Shown: positions 17,982 through 28,881, counted from the first letter of the stretch. The stretch is 64,000 nucleotides of DNA from Thermoplasmatota archaeon (GCA_028279585.1 JANQNL010000009.1:9024-73023), one strand, 5' to 3'. Notes: a model not told the origin generated them from the letters alone. A program made the numbers and translations.

Positions 17982-19217
17982 TCACAACAAACAAGCGGGA
18001 ACGTTCACCACCTTCGTCCCTTCCACGTCCTCCACCTTCGCAACATCGTAGTCCACCAAATACGCCACCTCCGGCTGATACGCCCTGATGAACGACATCA
18101 ACGACCTTGTCCTTTTCCCACCGGCTTTCACCTCCACGGGAACTCCGTCCGAAACGAAGTCCACCTCCGCCTTCCCTTTGGTCCTCCAGTAATTGACCTT
18201 CTTCGAGCTCCTTGCAAGTTGTGTGAAGACATGGTTCTCGAGCATGAATCCCTTGTCACGTGAAAAGACCATATCCTCTGCGAGAACGTTCCTGAACCCA
18301 CCATCGATGAAACAGACCTTGGGTTGCTTCCGGAGCTCTGTGGATAGAGTGGTGAAATATGGCCTGACAAGTTTTATAGCGTGGATATATACCATGATGT
18401 CCATTGTCCGTTTTACCTTATTTATATCGATACCCAGATGGCTCGAGACATCATCATTGTTGATGAGATGACAACAATTGTGAGCCAGATACTTCATGAC
18501 ACGGAGTGCATCGTTACGATAGGCTTGTCCATATACCTTTAGGACATCCTTCTCAATAAGCAGTGTCACAAGTTGGGTAAGAAGGACCTCCTTCTTCTCG
18601 AGATCGTCCATGAGAACGATCCTGGGGTATCCACCATAGACCATGTACTCTATCAATAGATCATTTAGATCATCTATCAACAGTGGTCCATCGATAAGAT
18701 CTCCTTTTCCAACATCGATCCTATTCTTATGATAATATCGATCCCTCTTTGACATCTTGGCCACAAGGAACTCAGAGAATGAGAAAGGGAACATCTCAAA
18801 AAAGACCACTCTTCCGACCAAAGAACCTCCAATGTTCCTCACATCCAATCCACTGCTACCAGTGATGATGAACTTGACCTTCTCATAGTATCTGTCGAAC
18901 AAAACCTTCAATACAGGCCCCGCATTGGGTAGGTTCTGTACTTCATCCAAGATCAGAAGATGCTTTTTTTCATCATGAAGTAAAAGACTTTCCATAAACC
19001 CCATTGGATCCTCCATGAACCTCGAACGTACCATCTCATCATCCAAAGACAGGTATGTTGCAGAGCTTTCAGAGAGCTGGTCGTTGGATACCATCTCATC
19101 GATGAGGTGCTTGACCATGGTAGTCTTTCCACATTGACGTGGTCCGAGGATGCCGATTATCTCTTTCTCATCCATCCATTTCTGGACCTGGCCCTCTATC
19201 TCTCGAGGGACGTACAT
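17982..19217 (-). CDS. AAA_14 ATPase with a DUF4143 C-terminal domain
   Basis: GPRQCGKTT, LDEVQ, TGSS, YGGYP, ENHV..YWRT..EVDFV..PVEVK. Confidence 0.9.
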   Translation of the reverse strand: MYVPREIEGQVQKWMDEKEIIGILGPRQCGKTTMVKHLIDEMVSNDQLSESSATYLSLDDEMVRSRFMEDPMGFMESLLLHDEKKHLLILDEVQNLPNAGPVLKVLFDRYYEKVKFIITGSSGLDVRNIGGSLVGRVVFFEMFPFSFSEFLVAKMSKRDRYYHKNRIDVGKGDLIDGPLLIDDLNDLLIEYMVYGGYPRIVLMDDLEKKEVLLTQLVTLLIEKDVLKVYGQAYRNDALRVMKYLAHNCCHLINNDDVSSHLGIDINKVKRTMDIMVYIHAIKLVRPYFTTLSTELRKQPKVCFIDGGFRNVLAEDMVFSRDKGFMLENHVFTQLARSSKKVNYWRTKGKAEVDFVSDGVPVEVKAGGKRTRSLMSFIRAYQPEVAYLVDYDVAKVEDVEGTKVVNVPACLL

Positions 19218-19317
19218 GAATAGGATATGCCACTCTTCCTACATATAATGTGTGTTTAGTCTTACTAAAATCATTATTTATATTAGAAAAGTAGACATAT
19301 TATCTTCGGCATTCAAT

Positions 19318-19430
19318 TGGACTGCACCCCGGAGAGTGGACACTTTGATTAGCTTTTTCGACAATGGAGGTGAAGCATGCCAAAGCCCAGAACGACCTAC
19401 ACGCGCGAGTTCAAGCTTGCTATCCTTGAC
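19318..19430 (+). mobile_element. IS3-family left-end remnant with the start of orfA
   Basis: TG-starting IR TGGACTGCACCCCGGAGAGTGGACAC, GGAGGTG RBS, MPKPRTTYTREFKLAIL. Confidence 0.8.
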
Positions 19431-19601
19431 CATCGGATATATAGATCGAGTGTCGCCTCCATCTCCACCATCACCGCCATCTATTCCGTCATCAGTATCG
19501 TCACTATCATTGCCGAAATTGATGCATCCTGCCGCCATCAGAGATAGTACGATCAATGTCAGAGCAAGAATCTTGAAAAGCATGAATAACTGTCCCTTCA
19601 T
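19431..19601 (-). pseudogene. Lipoprotein gene truncated at the IS3 remnant
   Basis: Lipobox LMAAGC and GGDGGD linker, then the frame runs into IS sequence. Confidence 0.6.
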
Positions 19602-19621
19602 GTCATATCCACTCCTTCTTG

Positions 19622-20548
19622 TTACCCCGCAGCTGAGTGGAAGATATCCTTCCCGTGTACCTCCCCACTCTGAACATCGACATACACGTCATGATCATCA
19701 TAGGTCTTCTCTCCAAGCACCTCTCTGTATCTCATCCAATAGCAGACATGACCATCGTTGACCTTGATTCCCTTGAAACCAAGGTCCTCGGAAGTATTCA
19801 GCTCATCCTTCGAGATGTTGTTCGCTTCTTCGACAGAGATGTATGGCAAGACCTCATAGATATCCGAATAAATGAGTTCAAAGTTTGCTGAAATGAACTC
19901 CCCATTATCCGCGGCAGTACTGAACATGAAGGACTGATAGTGAACATCGAAAACTTCGTCCTGGTTTATCCTGAACTGAGGTTTGAACTCATGAAGATAG
20001 AAGTTCTCCCATGGTGGGGTCTGAGCAAGGATATGTTCTACACGATAATTAGGGGAACTTAGATCGAACTGCTGCTCATAGATCAGAGAAAGATCATCAA
20101 GGGTGGCCTGGTCCATGTTGTCCTCATCACTTCCCCGAACATTTCCAGTGACAACAGTTACCTCGGTCATATTACCGGTTCTGTTTCGTGTGAAGATCTT
20201 CCATCCATCACTGCAGTTCCATTGGTGATTTATGATGTCTCGATACAAAGACGAGGAATTCGAATATTCCAATATCGTCAACCCGAACTCCTCCGCAAGC
20301 CTATACGCAGCATCCGAATCGTTCATCTTGAACAACCAGTGCTTATCCAGGTTGTTATTGTAAGGACCTGAATGCGTTTCCACAACAGGGTAGGTACCCG
20401 GCTCATAGGTCGTTTCTCTGGGGATTTCATCGTCATCTTTGACCTCACCCTCACGTCCTACACAGCCTGCGAACAGGATCATGAGAACCAGAAGTAGAGT
20501 AGAAGATGCGATAACGGAAACAGTGTTCTTCCTTCTCAAGATGCTCAA
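19622..20548 (-). CDS. Lipoprotein with a PepSY-like C-terminus
   Basis: Lipobox FAGC; ISVEEA..I...VYVDVQSGEV. Confidence 0.7.
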   Translation of the reverse strand: MSILRRKNTVSVIASSTLLLVLMILFAGCVGREGEVKDDDEIPRETTYEPGTYPVVETHSGPYNNNLDKHWLFKMNDSDAAYRLAEEFGLTILEYSNSSSLYRDIINHQWNCSDGWKIFTRNRTGNMTEVTVVTGNVRGSDEDNMDQATLDDLSLIYEQQFDLSSPNYRVEHILAQTPPWENFYLHEFKPQFRINQDEVFDVHYQSFMFSTAADNGEFISANFELIYSDIYEVLPYISVEEANNISKDELNTSEDLGFKGIKVNDGHVCYWMRYREVLGEKTYDDHDVYVDVQSGEVHGKDIFHSAAG

Positions 20549-20605
20549 CCCAGTGAACTATCATTGCTCTGGGTTATTAATAAGTTTCTGGAACACATCC
20601 TCTAA

Positions 20606-22003
20606 TCAATCCAGCATATTGAAGTCCTCGAACACGGTCCGCCTGTACGGTATCCCCATCTTATGCATGTCCTTCGATATACCATACATCATCGTAGGCG
20701 GCCCGCAGAGAAACACAGTCCTGTCCCGTACATGATCCTCGTGCTCCAAGATATCCACCACATCCTTGGTGGACAGCCTGCCCTTGTCCTGTGACGACCA
20801 CAGAATGTAGTGGAACTTCCGATTGGCGGCAGCCTCCTTCAGAAGCTCCCGGTGATGGAACGCCTCGTCCTTGTTCTTGACCACCCATACCAACAGGATC
20901 TTCCTTCCCGTGGGATTGAGCGACTCGTGCTTGGCCATTGATAAGAAGGGGGTGATGCCAATGCCGCCCGCGATCCATACCATGTCCCGCTGGTGCTTGA
21001 GGTACTCGCTGCCGAACATGCCGTATGGTCCCATGACGATGGCGCTGTCACCCTTTTTGAGCTGCGGGACCTTGGTGGATGTGTAATCACCGCTCCTCTT
21101 GATGGAGAGGCGGACGAAGCCCTGGGCAGGGTCACTGGAGATAGAGAACGGGAACAGCTCCTTGTAACCCTCGAACCTCGGAAACCTTATGAAGACGTAC
21201 TGGCCGGGAAGGAAATCAAAACCCTTGGGCTTTTTGAAATGAACCTCTGTGATAGGACCGATGAGGTCGACCTTCTTGAGCCTGACCTTGTACCTCCTGG
21301 CCACGTACTTGAACAGAAGGAGCATGTACAACCAGGAGAAGACACCGGCTGCGAACAGGACAAGAAGCCACACCATCAGGATGGGATACTTGGCGATGTC
21401 GGAGCCTGCCCAGAAAGCATGAAGCCCTGCAGCGACCAGGACCACGCCCATGACCTTGTGACTGTTGTGCCACCAGTGGTATGGAATGTTCAAAGCCACT
21501 GTGAGGACAAGGAGCATCAGGAACAGATAGAGTGCAAGAACACCCAAGGTCACATCCAATGGACCGATGGGGAAGATGTAGGTCAGGATGAGCCTTGTAT
21601 CAGGATACTTGGAGATCCCCAGGAACAATGGGTGAAGGATCATGAAGAACAGTGAGCAGCGACCTAGGGCCTTGTGAGCCCTGTACATCCTGTCCAAGCC
21701 CAGAAAGAGGTTCTCGAACATCCTCCATTTCGTTGCAAGCACGAAGTTCAATGACAGGGCAGAGATGGCCATGAACGCGTTGAACTTGGCCACTGCGACG
21801 AACGGGTCCCGGGCAGACTCCGGGATGTGAAGGACCCAAACCACTACAGGTGAGATGAGGATAAGAAGGAACAGTATGGACCCTGGGCTTGCAAGCTGCA
21901 TCCGCTTCAACGAGTCCACGAACTCCATCGGAAGAAAGCCCAGGGGCCACCTCTTTCGGGGTGAGATCCTCATATCCGGGCCAGAACCTTTGGTGTCTGC
22001 CAT
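20606..22003 (-). CDS. Ferric reductase-like transmembrane protein with FAD/NAD-binding domains
   Basis: GLDRMYRAHK..HP, WHNSHK..H heme His pairs; PGQY, PFSISS, GPYG, AGGIGITPF, CGP..FEDF. Confidence 0.9.
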   Translation of the reverse strand: MADTKGSGPDMRISPRKRWPLGFLPMEFVDSLKRMQLASPGSILFLLILISPVVVWVLHIPESARDPFVAVAKFNAFMAISALSLNFVLATKWRMFENLFLGLDRMYRAHKALGRCSLFFMILHPLFLGISKYPDTRLILTYIFPIGPLDVTLGVLALYLFLMLLVLTVALNIPYHWWHNSHKVMGVVLVAAGLHAFWAGSDIAKYPILMVWLLVLFAAGVFSWLYMLLLFKYVARRYKVRLKKVDLIGPITEVHFKKPKGFDFLPGQYVFIRFPRFEGYKELFPFSISSDPAQGFVRLSIKRSGDYTSTKVPQLKKGDSAIVMGPYGMFGSEYLKHQRDMVWIAGGIGITPFLSMAKHESLNPTGRKILLVWVVKNKDEAFHHRELLKEAAANRKFHYILWSSQDKGRLSTKDVVDILEHEDHVRDRTVFLCGPPTMMYGISKDMHKMGIPYRRTVFEDFNMLD

Positions 22004-22124
22004 CAGCAGGGATACGGGAAATAGCTCAAAATAGTTTTTGAAAGGACAGGACAAACATCAGTTTCCCATCGTACAACAAAACACTTTTATCCCCCCACCA
22101 TCATAGTTCCTGATGGTATTGAGA

Positions 22125-22292
22125 ATGGCCGACCCCGACCTCATCCACCGCCTCGAGTCCGTCGAGCAAGAGCTCGAATCTATCAAGCGGGCTTTGAAGG
22201 GTAAGAACATCAAGCTAGCTTCCAGGCTCAAAGGTGTTCGTTTCGATGAGGAAGATTTCCACCAGGCATCTGATAGCATCTTCAACACATGA
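22125..22292 (+). CDS. Putative antitoxin (55 aa, not in the ORF track)
   Basis: MADPDLIHRLESVEQELESIKRALKG..LKGVRFDEEDF directly upstream of a PIN gene. Confidence 0.65.
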   Translation: MADPDLIHRLESVEQELESIKRALKGKNIKLASRLKGVRFDEEDFHQASDSIFNT

Positions 22293-22304
22293 TGAGGGGC
22301 TGTC

Positions 22305-22706
22305 GTGGCGGTCTACAAGACCTTTGTTTCTGATACACATAGTTGGTTATGGTTCCTTTCTGATGATCAAAGGCTTGGAAGGAACGCACAAAAGATATTT
22401 CGATCAGCCGAGAATGGAGAATGTTTGATCCTTCTACCAACAATCGTCGTCGCAGAAGCCATCTACATAGCTAGGAACAGAGGAGTGTTAGCTCATATGA
22501 AGGATATCATATGTGAATTAGGATCCTCTGTGAACTATACCATCAGACCGATCGATCATGAGTTATTGACTAGGCTATCTATGGATGACAGAAAGATGTC
22601 CCAGCATGATAAGATCATCACTATCACAAGCGAGATCGATTCAGCTCCGATAATCACAAAGGATTCTGTTATCCATGAAATGGCAATGACCAAGGTGGTT
22701 TGGTAG
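22305..22706 (+). CDS. vapC: VapC-type PIN-domain toxin
   Basis: DTHSWLWFL..RL...A; E..Y; HDKII..IITKD acidic PIN motifs. Confidence 0.85.
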   Translation: MAVYKTFVSDTHSWLWFLSDDQRLGRNAQKIFRSAENGECLILLPTIVVAEAIYIARNRGVLAHMKDIICELGSSVNYTIRPIDHELLTRLSMDDRKMSQHDKIITITSEIDSAPIITKDSVIHEMAMTKVVW

Positions 22707-22710
22707 GCTT

Positions 22711-22899
22711 TCACCCCTCCAAGAACCTAACCCCACCCTCAGGCTCCAACACCAGATACTGCACCGGTCCCATCACGGTCTGGTCCTTCTCCTGATAACC
22801 CTGCAACCCCATGGTCGAATCGAAGAAGAACTCCAGGAACCCAAGCGAATCATCCACAGAGTTCTTGTTGAACTTGAACCCGTAGTGAGCGAACCTGGG
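22711..22899 (-). pseudogene. 3' remnant of a proteasome-beta/Ntn-like gene
   Basis: ..SVDDSLGFLEFFFDSTMGLQGYQEKDQTVMGPVQYLVLEPEGGVRFLEG*; no 5' part; nucleotide match to 28925-28998. Confidence 0.6.
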
Positions 22900-22943
22900 C
22901 TACGTGATGTCAATTTTAAGTTCATTGTCACGACTGGGATCCT

Positions 22944-25900
22944 TCACTCCTCTTCATCAACCTCATCCACCTCAGGCTCATCCATGTCAGGTTCCTCCTC
23001 GTCTTCTGGATCTTCGAGCTCCTCCTCGTCAGGCTCCTCCTCAATATCGTCCACGTCCTCCTCCTCAAACTCCTCTTCATCCATTTCCTCGTCGGGGTCT
23101 TCTTCGACCTCGTCAGGGTTCTCGTCAGGCTCATCCTCGGGTTCCTCATCCACATCGTCCTCAGGACCTTTCGGTCCATCTGCCGGCTTTTTCATGATGA
23201 GCAAGACCACAGCCACGACCAGAAGAACAGCGAGTATGGCGATGATCACAATGAACACCATGTTCATGCCCTCGTTCGATGACGTATCCCCACCTTCACC
23301 ATCCTCTCCATCACCACCATCACCACCATCTCCACCAGATGTGGTATCGTCCTTGAGCGGACTTGTCCTGCCATTGTACTCCTCGAGGTTGGTCATGTTA
23401 TCGTTGTCATCGTCCTGGGATGCATCGGATGCGTTGTTGGGGTCCAGGCCATAGAACTCCTCCCACCAGTCAGGTATACCATCACCATCAGTATCCGTAT
23501 CGATGGTCGTGATGTTCTCCTCGGGTTCAGGTTCTGGTTCCGGGTCCACCACAACAGGTAGAGCGTTCACCTCGATGGAGAACTGTGCTGTGATCTCCTC
23601 TGTACCATCTGTTGCACCCACAGTGAGCTCATAGAGCCCAGCAGAGGTTCCCAGCCATTCTATCAGACCAGTGTTCGGATCGATGGATAGGTTCGCAACG
23701 GCCGGTGAACATGATATGGAATATGTGATACTGTCACCCACATCAATGTCCAAGGCATTGGCATAGAGCCGGACCTCATCGAACTCTGTGATGTTCTGGT
23801 CCATCGGAGCAATGGTCCAGTAAGGGGCATCGTTGGTATTCGTAACATCAATGGAGAACAGGACAGAATCCTTTGCGCCTGCAGAGTCGTGGACCTCAAT
23901 GGTCACCCATGCTGTACCAACATCACCATTTTCCGGGGTTCCTTCGAGAACGTCCCCTGTGACCGATAGCCAATCTGGACCGGAGAGCATGCTCCATGTA
24001 AGGTTATCCGGAACATCTACATCGCTTGCAGCCAGGTTCAACGTGTAAAGAGAATCCTCGGTAGCGTTCATCTCGGGAACGAACGTGATGACCGGTGCAT
24101 CGTTCACCGGTGTGATAGTAAGCGAGAACTTGGTCCATACAAGGCCATCCAGACCATCAGATAATGAAACATTCACCCAATATGATGTGCCTGATTCGTT
24201 GGCAGGTGCATGACCTGAAAGGATGTCCTCGTCCATGGAAAGCCAATCAGCGTTGGATGAAAGGTTCCATATCAACAGATCATCGGTCGGATCGATATCG
24301 TGTCCATCGTAGTCCACGAAGTAGAATGAATCCTCAGGTGTTGAGGTAACATCGATGGTGTCGATGACAGGATCATCGTTGACATTGACGACCTCGAGGG
24401 TAAATTCGGTCTTATCGGTGACAGTCGTATCATTGACCTCAATAGAGACCGAATAGACCCCGACATCAGCATTGGTTGGAGTACCCGAAAGGATCCCATT
24501 GGTGCTGTTCATACTAAGCCAGGATGCATCCGTGAACAGGGTCCATGTGAGCGTGTCTGGACCAGGGTCTACATCGATGGCATCGTAATCAACCAAATAC
24601 TGAACATCCTCAAGGACCGTCCCCTCATTCAAAGTGTTGATGATGGGAGCATCGTTTGTGTTCAATACCGTCAATGTGAAATTACGCGGTTCCGAAATAG
24701 TGAACGGGTCAACCGCCGTGACGTTCACCCAGTGGTCTCCCAGGTGCGATTGGTCTGGGGTACCGCTAAGGACTCCTGTCACGGGATCGATAGAGAGGAA
24801 CGGTGCGTTCGTGGACAGTACCCAGTAGAACGGATCGTTGTTCAGATCAATAGCTTCGTAATCAACTAGATACTCCACGTCCTCGTATGCCGTGACCACG
24901 TCCGCTGTAAGGATCTCCGGGGGTCTCAGGACGTCGTCGTGATCCTTTTTGACGTCGGCTGCGCTCAGTGAACCGTTTATTATCCTCACCTCGTCCACGG
25001 CACCCTGAAGATAAGAGAAGACTCCGCCGAAAAAGACATCGCCCGTGTTGTAGATGCTCACCGTGCCCACATCCAGCGTCCCTTCTTCGACACCATCGAT
25101 GTAAGCAGTCAGGTTGGTCCCGTTGTATGTCATAGCGTACTGGTGCCATTCATAGACCTTCGTCACTGAAACATTGAGGTATTCGGCCCCGACACCTACC
25201 TTGAGCTTGGATGCATCCTCGTTCAAGTGCATGGAATACGCAACTGTCAACACCCCCTTCTGGACTAGTCTTTGCCAAGGCCTTTGCAGCTTCCCCCATC
25301 CGTTAGGACCTCCCATGGACCAATCGAATTCAAAATCCCAACCAACATAAGTGGATTGCATTTGCAGCTGTGCGCTGGATTTGGGTGTTCCACCGCCGGG
25401 GCTTGTGGAGGTTTGACCGTTGTAGAAGTATGAACTTGTCACGCTTCCAGAGCCCGAAGCCATTCCAATCAATCCTCCTACATTGGTTGAACCCCATATT
25501 TGATAGCCATAGGAATAGCAATTGATGACATTTGAATCCGATCTCAATCCGACTAATCCTCCGACCCTGGAATCTCCTGATACCCAATTGTTGTAGCTAT
25601 AACAGTTCGAAACGGTCGACTGGTACAGTTCTCCGACCAAACCACCAGTATCCCACGAGGTTCCAGCGACCTCAGTCAAATAACCAGTGGCATAGGAGTT
25701 GTTGATGGTAGAGGTTCCGCTATATCCGATAAGACCGCCGCAATTACTAAGCCCGATCAGGTTTCCGGTGGCATAACAATGACTTATCTTGGCTAGGTAT
25801 ATTGATCCTACCAAGCCGCCTACGCTTCTCATACTGTCCACATTCCCCGTGGCATATGAGTTGACAATACTTCCGAAGTACATCTGCCCGACCATACCTC

Positions 25901-28820
25901 CCACATAGTCGTAACCATCCGTGGTCACATCGCCTGCGGCGTAGGAATTCAGAATGTTCATATACCGGGCGTATCCCAACATGCCACCGACCTTGCTCCA
26001 CCACATCATCATCATACCGCTCCCTCTTTCGGCGGTAACCGAACCTAAGGTATAACAATTCTCGATTCGACCATTCTCCGCCATTCCCACCAGGCCCCCG
26101 GCTCCGTATCCCTCATCTTCAGCGTAGAAGTTCACTGTGACATCTGTGTAACAGGAGTAGAACGCGGTGTAATCCGAAACTCCGACCATTCCGCCCAGAC
26201 CAAAAACGCCCCACCAATCGTCTCCGATACTGGTTACCTCCCCCGTTGCATAGCAGTTGAAAAATGTGGAATGAGCCGACCGTCCGGCAATAGTGCCAAT
26301 ATATTGGTCCTTTCCGGTGATGTCGACACCTTCCATCCCAAGGTTCACTATCCTTGCACCGGTGGCATAGGCGAACAAACCAATGTAATCCTCCGTTGGC
26401 CTGTTGATATAGAGCCTGCTAATGATATATCCCCGGCCGTCAAATGTGCCTGTGAATCCCTGCACACTGCTGCCTATAGGGTCGAATCCCTTGTTGTTAT
26501 TCCATAGATATGTTATACCGGCGCTGATGTTGTTGGTTAGGTAGTAGTACCCGTTAAGGGGATACTCACTACTGGATCCGATCATCTGAAGAGCAGTAAG
26601 GTTGGAAATGGGTATGGCATCCTCAGGCTGTGGTGGGAAATAGGGTTCGACGAATCCCGCCCTGGCCCAAACCTCCACGGTTATGTTCTGCTTCAATCCA
26701 AGGGAGGTGGAATGTGGGGCGCGGATGTAGTCGTCCACGCCGTCCAACCTGATCCCTTTTCGAAGTTTTCCATTGATCGAGTTCGTGTTCTGATCGATGT
26801 TATGGAGGGTTGCGTTGTTCCAGTATCCCGACAGGTCCAAACCAAGACCCGGATCTTTAGAATCGAAATCCCAATCACCTACCACCTCGGTCTCGTTCCC
26901 GATGATGATGATGGTAAACGGCCTTTTGGTTGTGGAGCCGTTCGTATCGGTTACCCGAATTTCAAAGGAATAAACGCCATTTTCAGTTGGTTTTCCAGTT
27001 ATGTTACCGGACTGAGTCAAGCTCAAACCCCTGGGGATCTGACCCGAGTCCAAGGACCATGTATATATTCCGGTTCCACCTAAAACGTTGAACCCGTGGT
27101 CGTAGGCCTGGGAAACCATACCAGTTGGGAAGGTTGTTTTCTCCATGAAGACGTGGCCCTTGAGATGCTCTTCCCAGGTATCGTTGTAGTAATCTCCGAT
27201 CTCGGTGGAGTTGAGTGTTGTGTTGTAGATCATTACCTCATCGATTCTTCCTTTGAAATATCGGTTAGCCAGGCCGTCGTCCCAACCGATGTAGAGGTGT
27301 CCTTGGTCATTGTTAATAGCACCGTAATTCGAGCTGTCGGTAGCGGCTTCAACCCCGTTTATGTAAAGCTTGAAGATGTTGTCTGTATTTCCGTAAACTC
27401 CTGCCACGTGGGTCCACTGGTTGAGGTCCACGGGGTCCGACCAGGGTGTTAACCTCCACGCGCCATCGTTAACATAGAATGAGAGTTTGTTATCCCCACC
27501 CCCCGGGGCAAGGATGAAAGCGTCCCTTTTTGAAACGATGCAGCCCCATTGCATATTGGCAGTCGGATATATCCAGGCGGATACCGTGATATTGTCCTGG
27601 TTGTCGAAGCCATCACCGTCCGGCACTACAACGTAATCATCTATCCCGTCGAAGCTCAAACCATTCCCGGTCAACCCATCTACCCAACAGGTCTTGGTGT
27701 CCATATTGATCAGTGATCCGTTCCTGCCTGTACCAGAAGTATCCTTTGTCCACGATCCGGAGCCGTCCTCCATGAGCAGTTCGAGTTGAAGTCCAGGATC
27801 GTTCTGCACATTCACATCTATCCATTGGGTCTTTGTATTTGAACTAGGATCGGTCACCTGGACCTCCACTGGAAAGGTACCGAATTGGGTTGGGGTTCCG
27901 GACAGATTACCATCGGTAGCCAGGGCGATACCCGATGGCAGGGTTCCTGATACCAAGGACCATGTATGCGAGCCGGTGCCTCCCCAGGCTTTGAGATGGG
28001 TCTCATAATAAGAGTTGACCACTGCCCTGGGAACCACCGATGTATTGATCAATACATTGTTGCTGATCGTGCTATTATAATAATCACCTATCTGAGTTGC
28101 ATTCAAGGTCGTGTTGTATATCCGCACCTCGTCAATGGCTCCCTTGAAGTATCTGGAGATGCCATCGTCCCTGCCTATGGTGAGCACCCCGCCGTCATCG
28201 GCTATAGCTCCATAATTGGCGGAGCTGGTGGCCACTTCTTTTCCATTGATATATAGTTTGAAGATGTTGTCGTTATTCCCGTAGACGCCAGTAATATGTG
28301 TCCACTGGTTCAATTCTATGGGGGTGGTGTATGTGAGGGGCCTCCATGTCCCATCGTAGATGTAGAAGGTGATCTTGTTGTCCAGGTTACCTGGATAGAG
28401 GATGAAAGCATCGCGCTTGGAGACAAGGGAACCGGTAGGCATATTCTTTGTAGGATTGACCCACACCGATACCGTCAAGCTGTCCTGCGGGCCGAAGTCC
28501 TGTGAATCCTCAACTTCGACATGGTCATTGATACCGTCGAATTCGAGCCCGGTGCCGACCACTCCTCCGTCCCAGCAATGATCGATATCGAAATCTATCA
28601 ATGTGCCGTTGTTGTTTCTTCCACTAGTATCGTTGGCATATATGCCACTGCCCTCACTGAATGACCAATTTGCTACTAAGTTCGATTGAGCTCCTCCCAT
28701 CTTTGATGGGAGATCGGGCATCGCGTTACCGTTCTTCTCAGGCACACCAATCGCTAGTGTACTGAATGATAGGAACGTTACTAACAAAAGAGAGATCACA
28801 CACAACCGCAGGCTAGCCAT
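22944..28820 (-). CDS. 1958-aa surface protein: 3x LamG, putative Ig, GLUG beta-helix, cadherin/Ig-like repeats, Ca-binding motif, TM, acidic tail
   Basis: FDG.NDYV / W.H..G.Y / FKG.IDEV.IY LamG motifs; VGGLVG GLUG repeats; N.NDAP repeats; DTDGDGIPDWWE; C-terminal TM. Confidence 0.88.
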   Translation of the reverse strand: MASLRLCVISLLLVTFLSFSTLAIGVPEKNGNAMPDLPSKMGGAQSNLVANWSFSEGSGIYANDTSGRNNNGTLIDFDIDHCWDGGVVGTGLEFDGINDHVEVEDSQDFGPQDSLTVSVWVNPTKNMPTGSLVSKRDAFILYPGNLDNKITFYIYDGTWRPLTYTTPIELNQWTHITGVYGNNDNIFKLYINGKEVATSSANYGAIADDGGVLTIGRDDGISRYFKGAIDEVRIYNTTLNATQIGDYYNSTISNNVLINTSVVPRAVVNSYYETHLKAWGGTGSHTWSLVSGTLPSGIALATDGNLSGTPTQFGTFPVEVQVTDPSSNTKTQWIDVNVQNDPGLQLELLMEDGSGSWTKDTSGTGRNGSLINMDTKTCWVDGLTGNGLSFDGIDDYVVVPDGDGFDNQDNITVSAWIYPTANMQWGCIVSKRDAFILAPGGGDNKLSFYVNDGAWRLTPWSDPVDLNQWTHVAGVYGNTDNIFKLYINGVEAATDSSNYGAINNDQGHLYIGWDDGLANRYFKGRIDEVMIYNTTLNSTEIGDYYNDTWEEHLKGHVFMEKTTFPTGMVSQAYDHGFNVLGGTGIYTWSLDSGQIPRGLSLTQSGNITGKPTENGVYSFEIRVTDTNGSTTKRPFTIIIIGNETEVVGDWDFDSKDPGLGLDLSGYWNNATLHNIDQNTNSINGKLRKGIRLDGVDDYIRAPHSTSLGLKQNITVEVWARAGFVEPYFPPQPEDAIPISNLTALQMIGSSSEYPLNGYYYLTNNISAGITYLWNNNKGFDPIGSSVQGFTGTFDGRGYIISRLYINRPTEDYIGLFAYATGARIVNLGMEGVDITGKDQYIGTIAGRSAHSTFFNCYATGEVTSIGDDWWGVFGLGGMVGVSDYTAFYSCYTDVTVNFYAEDEGYGAGGLVGMAENGRIENCYTLGSVTAERGSGMMMMWWSKVGGMLGYARYMNILNSYAAGDVTTDGYDYVGGMVGQMYFGSIVNSYATGNVDSMRSVGGLVGSIYLAKISHCYATGNLIGLSNCGGLIGYSGTSTINNSYATGYLTEVAGTSWDTGGLVGELYQSTVSNCYSYNNWVSGDSRVGGLVGLRSDSNVINCYSYGYQIWGSTNVGGLIGMASGSGSVTSSYFYNGQTSTSPGGGTPKSSAQLQMQSTYVGWDFEFDWSMGGPNGWGKLQRPWQRLVQKGVLTVAYSMHLNEDASKLKVGVGAEYLNVSVTKVYEWHQYAMTYNGTNLTAYIDGVEEGTLDVGTVSIYNTGDVFFGGVFSYLQGAVDEVRIINGSLSAADVKKDHDDVLRPPEILTADVVTAYEDVEYLVDYEAIDLNNDPFYWVLSTNAPFLSIDPVTGVLSGTPDQSHLGDHWVNVTAVDPFTISEPRNFTLTVLNTNDAPIINTLNEGTVLEDVQYLVDYDAIDVDPGPDTLTWTLFTDASWLSMNSTNGILSGTPTNADVGVYSVSIEVNDTTVTDKTEFTLEVVNVNDDPVIDTIDVTSTPEDSFYFVDYDGHDIDPTDDLLIWNLSSNADWLSMDEDILSGHAPANESGTSYWVNVSLSDGLDGLVWTKFSLTITPVNDAPVITFVPEMNATEDSLYTLNLAASDVDVPDNLTWSMLSGPDWLSVTGDVLEGTPENGDVGTAWVTIEVHDSAGAKDSVLFSIDVTNTNDAPYWTIAPMDQNITEFDEVRLYANALDIDVGDSITYSISCSPAVANLSIDPNTGLIEWLGTSAGLYELTVGATDGTEEITAQFSIEVNALPVVVDPEPEPEPEENITTIDTDTDGDGIPDWWEEFYGLDPNNASDASQDDDNDNMTNLEEYNGRTSPLKDDTTSGGDGGDGGDGEDGEGGDTSSNEGMNMVFIVIIAILAVLLVVAVVLLIMKKPADGPKGPEDDVDEEPEDEPDENPDEVEEDPDEEMDEEEFEEEDVDDIEEEPDEEELEDPEDEEEPDMDEPEVDEVDEEE

Positions 28821-28881
28821 GCTATCACGAACTCAGCATGGTGTCAGGTTCTATTTATTACTTTAACAGAATTGGAATATA

